In this document: positions 1 through 7,448 of the stretch, one piece after another | How positions within the stretch are numbered: position 1 is the stretch's first letter | Layout of the letters: each line of letters opens with the position of its first letter | Source of the DNA: Nitrososphaerota archaeon | GTDB lineage: Archaea > Thermoproteota > EX4484-205 > JAAOZO01 | Length of the DNA stretch: 34,499 bases | Assembly (NCBI GenBank): GCA_011605715.1 | Contig: JAAOZO010000213.1 | Span: 1 to 34,499, forward strand | Reading direction: 5' to 3' | The notes under the pieces: model-generated | The model's input: only the letters and a program-made list of their open reading frames with translations | Told to the model about the DNA's origin: nothing | Databases searched by the model: none | Program-made: the position numbers and the translations under genes

Positions 1-372
1 AGAGCATACTTAACAAAACTACGACCTGAAAGTACAAGTTCACTGTAGCATTTAGATGATGCCTGTTGATCCTCAACCCATATTTTGAACAAATTATAAT
101 GCGCCTTTCGGGGCATTAATCTTCCCACATCTGGAGCATCTCCTAGTAGAATTCTTAGGGTTGAGGATTATAGTTCTAGACTTGTAACTCATAAAAGAAG
201 TTATCATTTTCCAGTTCATTTTTGCTATTCGTTTATTGTGTTCTCTAGAATAGCTAAACATATTTTTCTTTCTTAAGTCTTCAAATCCATGAACATAGTT
301 CTTAAATTCTCTTGAAATTTCTTTTGTTAACTTATGAACAAAGTCCTTTGCTCTATTTCTTTCAAGTAATTT
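1..372 (-). pseudogene. IS200/IS605-family TnpB (OrfB) C-terminal remnant. It is 5'-truncated, frameshifted, and runs off the window start.
   Basis: My own minus-strand translation, open from 372, reads KLLERNRAKDFVHKLTKEISREFKNYVHGFEDLRKKNMFSYSREHNKRIAKMNWKMITSFMSYKSRTIILNPKNSTRRCSRCGKINAPKGAL and then hits a stop at 94-96. This matches the TnpB pattern RxDxxHKxS...EDL...W.F..L..YK...NP..TS..CSxCG. A different frame from about 105 to 1 continues RRIIICSKYGLRINRHHLNATVNLY, a degenerate form of the second CxxC plus DRD-NAA-NI (RuvC-III) motif. The N-terminal ~200 aa of a normal TnpB are absent. The fragment is not in the ORF track because it is under 60 aa per frame. Confidence 0.6.
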
Positions 373-653
373 TCAGAAAGCATACTTTTTAGTTCGGTGT
401 TCTTTTCAAAAAATGATACTGCATAAGAACAAATCGGGTATATCTTCATATTGTTTTTCTTACAGTAATCTATAAGTGCTTCCATTAGCTTTGCAGCAAT
501 CCCCCTCCCTCTAAACTCTGGAGGAGTGTAGGTGTGAGTTACGTAAACTTCATTCCCTTTTTTAACGAAATCTAAAACAGCTTTTTCTCCTTCTAGTTCA
601 ATGAAGAACTGACCTCCCTCTTTAGACTCTTCTAACGAAATGCTGTATTCCAT
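327..653 (-). CDS. Small single-domain GNAT-fold N-acetyltransferase (YjdJ / Acetyltransf_CG-like)
   Basis: 108-aa ORF. It has the acetyl-CoA-binding-type motif FRGRGIAAKLMEALIDYCKKNNMKIYPICSY followed by FFEKN, typical of ~100-aa mini-GNATs. The last ~15 codons overlap the TnpB remnant in another frame. Confidence 0.75.
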   Translation of the reverse strand: MEYSISLEESKEGGQFFIELEGEKAVLDFVKKGNEVYVTHTYTPPEFRGRGIAAKLMEALIDYCKKNNMKIYPICSYAVSFFEKNTELKSMLSENYLKEIEQRTLFIS

Positions 654-794
654 TTTGTACTTCTCTTACATTACATTTACTATTATCTAATATTTTTAAA
701 TTTTTTACTTTTAGCACTTTCTTCAAACTAAAAAAGTTATAGCAGTAAAGAAAGCTAATATACTTGAGAGGTCTAATTTAAGTAGGCTTTAAGC

Positions 795-1517
795 ATGAGC
801 ACTGAAAAGGAAAAGATAAGGAACACAATATGGAAATTATTAGAAGACAAGAAGGTTGCTACTTTTCCCTTTCCTGTGAGAAATAGAATTCCAAATTTTG
901 TTGGTAGTAGAGAAGCTGCGAGGAAGTTGGCGGAACTAAAGATCTGGAAAGATTCAAAAACAATAGCAGTAAATCCTGATGCTCCTCAGAAGCCAATAAG
1001 AGAGATTGCCTTAAAAGAAAGAAAAACACTAGTCATGTCAACTCCGAGACTAAAGAATGGTTTTCTACTTGTTGAGCCAAGACAAACCATAGACTTTGGT
1101 TTTGCTTCAACGATCAAAGGAGCATTTAAGTTTGGAAAGTTAGTAAACTTAGAGGAAATTCCATTAATAGACCTTTTTGTTGTAGGTAGCGTTGCTGTAA
1201 ATTTAGAGGGTTTAAGGATTGGTAAAGGCGAAGGTTACTCTGAAATTGAGTGGGCCTTGCTTCGTACAAAAAATAAGGTGAGCGAAAACGTACCTATAGT
1301 TACTACTGTGCATGAACTTCAGATTGTCGATATTAATTTCAGTTACATGTTATATGACTTACCTCTAGACATTGTCGTAACTCCAAATAGAGTAGTTTGG
1401 ATCAAAAGAAAGATAAAAAAGCCAGACAGGATATATTGGGACTTAATAGATGAAAACAAAATTAAAGAAATCCCAATACTTAGAAAACTAAAGTTAGAGT
1501 ACGAAAATAGTTCTTAA
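795..1517 (+). CDS. 5-formyltetrahydrofolate cyclo-ligase family protein (archaeal COG0212-like)
   Basis: 240 aa with an ATG start. N-terminal KEKIRNTIWKLL matches the family's helix, and GKGEGYSEIEWALL matches the G-x-G-x-GYYD-type motif. The length fits the archaeal MTHFS-like family. Confidence 0.7.
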   Translation: MSTEKEKIRNTIWKLLEDKKVATFPFPVRNRIPNFVGSREAARKLAELKIWKDSKTIAVNPDAPQKPIREIALKERKTLVMSTPRLKNGFLLVEPRQTIDFGFASTIKGAFKFGKLVNLEEIPLIDLFVVGSVAVNLEGLRIGKGEGYSEIEWALLRTKNKVSENVPIVTTVHELQIVDINFSYMLYDLPLDIVVTPNRVVWIKRKIKKPDRIYWDLIDENKIKEIPILRKLKLEYENSS

Positions 1518-1577
1518 CTTTCTTACGTTACTAAAGTTATAGTAAGATTTTTATCGTCAATTTTTCTTCCTCAATTC

Positions 1578-2291
1578 GTGAGGCCGGTAATCGTAGGGCA
1601 TAGAGGTTCTCCTGATGTTTGTCCTGAGAATACGCTGCCTTCTTTTTTAAAGGCAGTAGAAGTAGGTGTAGATGCAATAGAGTTTGACGTAAGAAAAACA
1701 AAAGATCATAAACTCGTTGTTATACACGATGAAACTGTAGATCGAACGACAAATGGCAAAGGATTAGTCAGAGAATTAACTTTAGAGCAAATTGAACATT
1801 TAGACGCTGGTTTATGGTTTAGCAGTTCATTTAAAGGAACGAAAGTTCCAACATTACAAGAAGTTTTAGAAAAAGTTAACTCTAAGGTTCTTATGAGAAT
1901 TGAGCTTAAGGATGATGGCATTGAAAAAGATGTTGTTGAATTAATAAGGTCTTTTAATCTTGAAGAAAACGTTACTGTAGCTTCCTTTAACTTAAGCTCG
2001 TTGAAAAAAGTAAAAGAATTACTTCCTTCTTTATCAACTGTTGCAATAACCGCTAACTTCAGTAAGTCCTTTATCTCTAGTTCGTTGGCTCACTTTAGCA
2101 ATACAATAGCAGCTAGATTTAGAACTTTTATTCAAGAAGATGTGAGAAGTGCCCATTTACGCGGCTTAACGTTCGATGCTTGGTCAATAGATAGTTGCGA
2201 AGCATTGAGTGAAGTTCTCAATTATGGAGTAGACAGCATAACTACCAATAGGCCAAAAGAAATACTTACTTGTTTACTCAACGGACGATAA
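1578..2291 (+). CDS. Glycerophosphodiester phosphodiesterase (GDPD family)
   Basis: 237 aa with a GTG start. It carries the canonical GDPD motifs VGHRG, PENT, EFDV and VVIHDETVDRTTNG. Confidence 0.85.
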   Translation: MRPVIVGHRGSPDVCPENTLPSFLKAVEVGVDAIEFDVRKTKDHKLVVIHDETVDRTTNGKGLVRELTLEQIEHLDAGLWFSSSFKGTKVPTLQEVLEKVNSKVLMRIELKDDGIEKDVVELIRSFNLEENVTVASFNLSSLKKVKELLPSLSTVAITANFSKSFISSSLAHFSNTIAARFRTFIQEDVRSAHLRGLTFDAWSIDSCEALSEVLNYGVDSITTNRPKEILTCLLNGR

Positions 2292-2392
2292 AAAACCATT
2301 AGGTTATTTTGAAGATAAACTATGAGTCTTAAGCAAGTCCAACACTTTTCCTGAGTTTTTCTCTATTGGCAAGATCACTACAATTACTTATT

Positions 2393-2438
2393 CAATCAAC
2401 CATTATTATATAAATAAATGTATAATTTTGGTTGATTG
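2393..2438. repeat. Perfect 10-bp inverted repeat (CAATCAACCA / TGGTTGATTG) flanking a 26-nt almost pure A/T spacer
   Basis: Read directly: arm 1 is 2393-2402 and arm 2 is 2429-2438. The spacer is ttattatataaataaatgtataattt. It lies in the 371-bp gap between two convergent genes. Confidence 0.9.
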
Positions 2439-2662
2439 GGCTTTATTCTAAACTTTAAAGCAAAGGTTGACGAGAGACGCTAGTGTTGCTTTCCAGTCGA
2501 AAGTAAAAGCTCTACGAACAATAGAAAGATGAGCACCTTAAAAGTAAGAATATCCTATTTTTTAGCTCGAGAACTCCAAAAAGAGCTCTTAACGCATTTA
2601 TCTTTTAAGAAGAAAATGTAAGGTCAAATCTCAGGTTTTCTTTATCAATTTTTTGTAATGCA

Positions 2663-3520
2663 TTAATTTGTTAACTTTAGCTGTTCAGCTATTTTCTCTA
2701 ATTCTAAAGCGTACTCTTTAGCCTGCTTTTCCAGTTGTTTTTCATCGTCTGTACTTTCAAGAAACGGAAGCTTAAACGTATACTTTGGCTTCATTTTTTC
2801 ACTAATGTCCTTAAATCGCAACAAAAAAGGATCTTTTGATTCCTTTATGCTTTCTAAGAATTGCTCCTTTTCATGCACGTAGATCTCGTTTAAATTACAA
2901 ACAAAGATCAACTCTGATTCTTCAACTGGTTGTGCTGGGTACACTGAATCGTTGAAGCTTTCAATTACTATAGTATCGGCAAATTTCTTAAGAAAATTAA
3001 ACATCGAACTAACTGACCTTTGGTAGTATTTTTTGTGAATTTCTAAGAATTCCTCAAACGAAGACACTTCAATCACTTCTTCAGCCTTTAATTTTAATTT
3101 ATCTAGAAGTTTAATACACAGTTTGTCTTTTAATCCTTTCCTATAGTAGTAAATGTTTTTTATTCTATCCTCCTCATAGAATGAAAACCTTCCTATTCCA
3201 AGATCGTCATAGACGCTAGAGTAATGACCCTCAAAATTAAGATCATACTTCGTCATTATGTCTACTGGATTGATAACTTCTATAGGCAAAGTTACTTGAC
3301 TGGCAATCTGCAAAAAGTAGGCGTCATGCCCATAAAGCTTAGATTCTTGCAAGTTCTTTAGGTAAAAGTCGTATTGCTCTATGCATTCATGACCTGCAAG
3401 GGGTTTAAAACCAGTTGCATTCTTTCCCTTCTTCCTCAACGTTAAAATTAGCGAAGTTGAGAAAGTAGTTTTTCCTGAATCAAACTCTTTTGCTCCAAGT
3501 ATTGATACCACAACAGTCAT
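2663..3520 (-). CDS. Uncharacterised P-loop NTPase with a dethiobiotin-synthetase/CobQ-like N-terminus
   Basis: 285 aa with an ATG start. It has a deviant Walker A, GAKEFDSGKTT, followed by GFKPLAG, as in the BioD/CobQ-type (AAA_26-like) fold. I recognise no motif in the remaining ~200 aa. No partner genes sit on the same strand. Confidence 0.5.
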   Translation of the reverse strand: MTVVVSILGAKEFDSGKTTFSTSLILTLRKKGKNATGFKPLAGHECIEQYDFYLKNLQESKLYGHDAYFLQIASQVTLPIEVINPVDIMTKYDLNFEGHYSSVYDDLGIGRFSFYEEDRIKNIYYYRKGLKDKLCIKLLDKLKLKAEEVIEVSSFEEFLEIHKKYYQRSVSSMFNFLKKFADTIVIESFNDSVYPAQPVEESELIFVCNLNEIYVHEKEQFLESIKESKDPFLLRFKDISEKMKPKYTFKLPFLESTDDEKQLEKQAKEYALELEKIAEQLKLTN

Positions 3521-3530
3521 TGTGCAACTT

Positions 3531-3593
3531 CTTTGATGAACTAAATTAAAACATTTCTCTTCAAAATTTAAAATGTTTTTCTTATCATCAAAG
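3531..3593. promoter_or_regulatory. Nested imperfect palindrome, a candidate operator, overlapping the promoter of the P-loop gene in a divergent intergenic region
   Basis: Outer 9-bp arms are ctttgatga (3531-3539) and tcatcaaag (3585-3593). Inner 9-bp arms are aaaacattt (3548-3556) and aaatgtttt (3571-3579). A minus-strand TATA-like tttaatttag (3541-3550) sits between the arms, about 25 nt upstream of the ATG at 3520. Confidence 0.45.
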
Positions 3594-3669
3594 CTTAGAA
3601 ACTTAGCTATAAGTAATTACGCTCTCTTAACTATTTAATTTTTGCATTAGGGTGCTATTCGTCGTAACG

Positions 3670-3677
3670 TTTATATA
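3670..3677 (+). promoter_or_regulatory. TATA-box-like element (TTTATATA) for the ABC operon
   Basis: tttatata ends 23 nt upstream of the ATG at 3700. This spacing fits an archaeal leaderless or short-leader transcript. Confidence 0.5.
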
Positions 3678-3699
3678 CCCTTCGATATCGATAAAGTTT

Positions 3700-4446
3700 A
3701 TGCCAATTACATCTTCTGTCGAAAGTTCTTTGCGCAACAAATACCATGAGTACTCCGTATTGACTGAAAATTTGGTTAAAATTTATGGTAAGGGCCCTCT
3801 CGCAGTTAGGGCTGTTGATGGAATAAACTTAGAAGTAAAAAGGGGTGAATTCATCTCTATCGTTGGTCCTTCTGGGAGTGGAAAATCTACCCTCCTCAAC
3901 CTACTTGGCTTGTTAGACAAGCCTTCTGAAGGTAAGCTTTTTATCGATGGTAAAGATGTTTCAGGCTTAAACCAAGATGAAGCTGCTATGTTTAGAAACA
4001 AGAAGATTGGTTTCGTTTTCCAGAGCTACAACCTAATAAACAGGTTATCAGCGTTACAAAACGTCGAGCTCCCTCTAATAGCTGCAGGCGTACCAAAACA
4101 AAAGAGAATAGAAAAAGCAAAGTTTTTACTGAATGCAGTTGGATTAAAAGGAAAGGAAGACAAGCTCCCAACAATGCTAAGTGGAGGTGAACAACAAAGA
4201 GTTGCCATAGCACGAGCTCTCGTTAATGAACCTTCAGTAATACTTGCAGATGAACCAACAGGAAACCTTGATTCTAAGAGTGCAAAAGTGATCGTTAATT
4301 TACTTTCTGAAATAAACAAAAAATTTGGATCTACAACAATCATAGTAACTCATAACATGGAAGTAGCTGATGCAACTCAAAAGATAATAATGTTAAGAGA
4401 TGGTAAAGTAGAAAAGATAGTGTATTCTGGAGGTGTGCCAGAATGA
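3700..4446 (+). CDS. ABC transporter ATP-binding protein (MacB/LolD/FtsE-type)
   Basis: Walker [11 protein letters not shown]-loop, signature [15 protein letters not shown], Walker [12 protein letters not shown] and H-loop VTHN are all present. I moved the start from the track's GTG at 3652 to the ATG at 3700. The upstream 16 codons cover the TATA box, and MPITSS... leaves a normal N-terminus. Confidence 0.9.
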   Translation: MPITSSVESSLRNKYHEYSVLTENLVKIYGKGPLAVRAVDGINLEVKRGEFISIVGPSGSGKSTLLNLLGLLDKPSEGKLFIDGKDVSGLNQDEAAMFRNKKIGFVFQSYNLINRLSALQNVELPLIAAGVPKQKRIEKAKFLLNAVGLKGKEDKLPTMLSGGEQQRVAIARALVNEPSVILADEPTGNLDSKSAKVIVNLLSEINKKFGSTTIIVTHNMEVADATQKIIMLRDGKVEKIVYSGGVPE

Positions 4447-6008
4447 AACTGAAGTACTCTTTAGTTCTGCTCTTTCTTTTTCTCATTCCATATGTTTCAT
4501 TAGTAAAGTCTGATCTCTTTAGTATAACTTCTGTATACTGGGGTAGCTTGCAAACTCCAGTGCTTGTTTCACCTGGAGACACCGGAGTACTACTAAATGT
4601 AGCAATACGCTATGAGGGTAGTGCAATAATAAGAGGTGTAAAAGGGAAGCTTTATCTTCCTTCTCCATTTACAGGATACTACGGAGAAAACCCTGTTTCG
4701 TCGATCTACCTTGGAGTTGTTAACCCTGGAGATATTATAGTCTTATCATTCAGACTCTCAATTCCTCAAAATATTTCTTTAGGTTCGTATAGAGCTTCTT
4801 TAGAAATAGAGTACTACGATACGAAAAATCAAGTCGTTTCTTTAGTTTCTTCTTTTCCTATACAATTTAGTATATTGGGAAAGCCTAAGTTAACTGTAAG
4901 CTTACTAAACAACTCAATAGAATACAGTAAAGTTAATGACATTTACTTTAACATAACTAACAATGGACTTGGAAATGTGTACAGTTTGTTTCTCTACATA
5001 ACTGGTTCTTCGCTACAGCTAATTTCTGGCTCTTCTTACGACCTTGGAACTCTAAAATCTAATGAATCAAAAACTGTAAAAGTAAGCGTTTATGCAACTT
5101 CTCAGCAAAGCCAAGGTTATATTAACTTGCAACTCTCTGGAGTAGATGGTGCTGGAAATCAATTTGTTACTACACAGAGTTTTGGAGTTGTAGTTACAAG
5201 TCAGTTTAGTAGCAGTTTTAAGCTTGTAAACAACGTTTCTTTAAAAGTAGGCTACATTAACGACGTACTACTTGTTTTTAGAAATAACGATTACTTAAAG
5301 AAAGACGTCTCATTTTCATTTGTTTTCCCTTCACAGATAGTTGTTTATTCTTTTCCAAATGTTTTCTTCAACGAAGTTTTGCCGCTTTCAGAGTTAAAAC
5401 TTCCTATTTCAATTTATGTTCCAGATAACTTTCCTTCTGGCGTTATAACAGCTACAGTTACTGTTTCCTATCGTAACGAAGCTGGAAGTAACTATGTTGA
5501 AAGTATAAGTATACCTTTTATGCTTACTAACCCAATTAACTTAACTCTCTATGGTATTTCTCAGTCTCCTATCTTAGTTTATCCAAACTCTTCTGTTACT
5601 ATTTCTGGAAATGTACTAAATAGAGGTAATGTCGCCGCAAAATATGTTAATGTTTCGCTAGGCGCTCTTCCTCAAGGTTTTTCTTCTTTTCCAGCTTCTA
5701 GTTCTTACTACATAGGTGATCTTCCTTCTGATTCTATATCATCGTTTAGCATTACCTTGTACGTAGAGAATGTAAGCCCAGGAACTTATAGAATACCAAT
5801 AATAGTTCAATACTTAGACGACTTAAAGCAAACAAGACAGCAAACTACAGACTACCTTTTAGTTATAAGTAAGGGGGGGACTCATACCTCTAGCCAAGGG
5901 ACTCAAACACTAAGCTCTAATAACTTTGTCTTAGTTACTCTCTTAGCTTTGTTTGCTCTAGTTGTCATCGTAGGGTTGTTCTTAGTACGCCGTAAAAAAG
6001 TGGCGTAA
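4443..6008 (+). CDS. Secreted, C-terminally membrane-anchored multi-domain surface protein (CARDB / COG1361 S-layer-domain-like repeats)
   Basis: 521 aa. The ATG overlaps the upstream stop (ATGA). The N-terminal signal-like segment is [23 protein letters not shown]. About four beta-rich modules of ~110-130 aa recur with patterns such as PGD...L.F.L.I...GSY/GTYRIPI.V.Y.D. There are many N-x-S/T sequons, a Ser/Thr-rich stalk (THTSSQGTQTLSSNN), then a TM anchor plus RRKK. Confidence 0.6.
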   Translation: MKLKYSLVLLFLFLIPYVSLVKSDLFSITSVYWGSLQTPVLVSPGDTGVLLNVAIRYEGSAIIRGVKGKLYLPSPFTGYYGENPVSSIYLGVVNPGDIIVLSFRLSIPQNISLGSYRASLEIEYYDTKNQVVSLVSSFPIQFSILGKPKLTVSLLNNSIEYSKVNDIYFNITNNGLGNVYSLFLYITGSSLQLISGSSYDLGTLKSNESKTVKVSVYATSQQSQGYINLQLSGVDGAGNQFVTTQSFGVVVTSQFSSSFKLVNNVSLKVGYINDVLLVFRNNDYLKKDVSFSFVFPSQIVVYSFPNVFFNEVLPLSELKLPISIYVPDNFPSGVITATVTVSYRNEAGSNYVESISIPFMLTNPINLTLYGISQSPILVYPNSSVTISGNVLNRGNVAAKYVNVSLGALPQGFSSFPASSSYYIGDLPSDSISSFSITLYVENVSPGTYRIPIIVQYLDDLKQTRQQTTDYLLVISKGGTHTSSQGTQTLSSNNFVLVTLLALFALVVIVGLFLVRRKKVA

Positions 6009-6009
6009 A

Positions 6010-7266
6010 ATGAAATTTCTGGATGGCCTCTTTTTAGCATTTAATGCGCTAGAAAGTAGAAAGCTAAGAAGCTCTTTAACTTTTCTCATGGTTGCAATAG
6101 GAGTTGGGCTCCTTGTAGGAGTAAATGGAATGAGTGCTGGACTACAAAATTATGTTACTAAAAGTTTCAGTTCATTGAGCCCAAACATTTTAACGCTTAT
6201 ACCCCAAAGATCAAGTGGTACTCTTTTTATTTCTTCTTCGTCTTTTCAGATAGATGACAATGTAGTTAATAATCTAAGAACCATTCCTGGTGTAAGAGAT
6301 GTCATCCCATTTATATCTACGACAGCGTTAGCTACTGCTTCAGGTCAGTCTGGTCCTGTTTCTGTTATTGCTATCGACCCTACAAAGCTAACTGTTATAC
6401 TGCCTGCATTGTCATTGAACTCAGGTTCAATACTAACTCCACAGGACTTTTCTCAGACTTTTCTTGGCTATCGCATAGCTTATGGCACTAGTGGGAAGCT
6501 TTCTGTTGGTCAAGTAATTACACTTCAGTTTTCGAAAGATATTAAAAGGAATTTTATCGTTAAGGGCATTGCAAACGAAGTTGGACTTAGCGTGACCTTA
6601 AATTTAGATACTTCAGTTGTGATTAACCTTGAGACTGCAAAAAATCTCCTAAATAAAAGAACTTATTCTGGAATTTTCGTTGTAACTTATGACCAAACTT
6701 TGAACGATGCAGTTTCAAAATTAATCTCTGATAGGTATGACGATTTACGTGTTATTACCCCTTCTGTAATTACTTCAACGATAAATCAAGTTTTTGGAGG
6801 AATAAACTTGTTCTTGAGTGCTATCGCAATAGTTTCTCTCTTGGTAGCTGTCATAGGAATAGTGACCACGTTGTATACCTCTGTGATGGAAAGAACAAGG
6901 GAGATTGGAATTCTAAAGTCGATAGGCTTTAAGAATTCTGATATTTTACTGCTCTTCCTTTACGAGGCAATGATATTTGGAGTAGTTGGTTCGTTTCTCG
7001 GAACTTTATTGGGGTTTTCATTAGGTTACGTTTTGCTATCATTTGGTACAATTGGATTTGGTGGTACTAACTCACCAGGACCTATAATGCAAGCTCGTTT
7101 TGGAGGCGCGGCATATACTATGGCTTTAAACATAACTCCTTATTATGATGTTTCTACTGTAGTTTTCTTTAATCTCATCGCAGTATTCTTCAGTATAATT
7201 GCTGGAATTTACCCTGCTTATAAAGCATCAAAACTTGACCCAATAGTTGCATTAAGAACGGAATAA
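6010..7266 (+). CDS. ABC transporter permease, FtsX/MacB-type with a large extracytoplasmic domain
   Basis: 418 aa. TM1 is followed by a ~230-aa external domain and then three C-terminal TMs. It has the hallmark ERTREIGILKSIGF and C-terminal YPAYKASKLDPIVALR motifs of the FtsX family. Confidence 0.85.
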   Translation: MKFLDGLFLAFNALESRKLRSSLTFLMVAIGVGLLVGVNGMSAGLQNYVTKSFSSLSPNILTLIPQRSSGTLFISSSSFQIDDNVVNNLRTIPGVRDVIPFISTTALATASGQSGPVSVIAIDPTKLTVILPALSLNSGSILTPQDFSQTFLGYRIAYGTSGKLSVGQVITLQFSKDIKRNFIVKGIANEVGLSVTLNLDTSVVINLETAKNLLNKRTYSGIFVVTYDQTLNDAVSKLISDRYDDLRVITPSVITSTINQVFGGINLFLSAIAIVSLLVAVIGIVTTLYTSVMERTREIGILKSIGFKNSDILLLFLYEAMIFGVVGSFLGTLLGFSLGYVLLSFGTIGFGGTNSPGPIMQARFGGAAYTMALNITPYYDVSTVVFFNLIAVFFSIIAGIYPAYKASKLDPIVALRTE

Positions 7267-7448
7267 AACAGTTGTTAATTCTTAGAAGTTATAAGAAGAA
7301 TTTTAAGTGCGTAGGATCTTTCCATAGATCTGCTACTTATGCTTACTTAATTCTATCTACTTTGAAACTACTGACTAAGGCATATTTTTAATCAGAAAAA
7401 ACGAAGCAACACATAAAAACTGCTTTATTTTATGTTAAGACGAACAAC

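Noticed and set aside
3531-3593. A possible C/D-box sRNA, because TGATGA (C-box-like) occurs in the palindrome arms on both strands
   Set aside because: No CTGA D box or C'/D' arrangement lies at an appropriate distance on either strand. The TGATGA is better explained as part of the inverted repeat.
3652-3699. A 16-codon N-terminal extension of the ABC ATPase from a GTG start (MLFVVTFIYPSISIKF)
   Set aside because: The extension is hydrophobic, which is atypical for a soluble NBD. It also runs through a TTTATATA box placed at the right distance to drive a transcript starting near the ATG at 3700.
7277-7302. A hairpin, aattctt-N12-aagaatt, just downstream of the permease stop, as a possible terminator
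   Set aside because: It is only a 7-bp A/T-rich stem with a 12-nt loop and no following oligo-T run. It is too weak to call.
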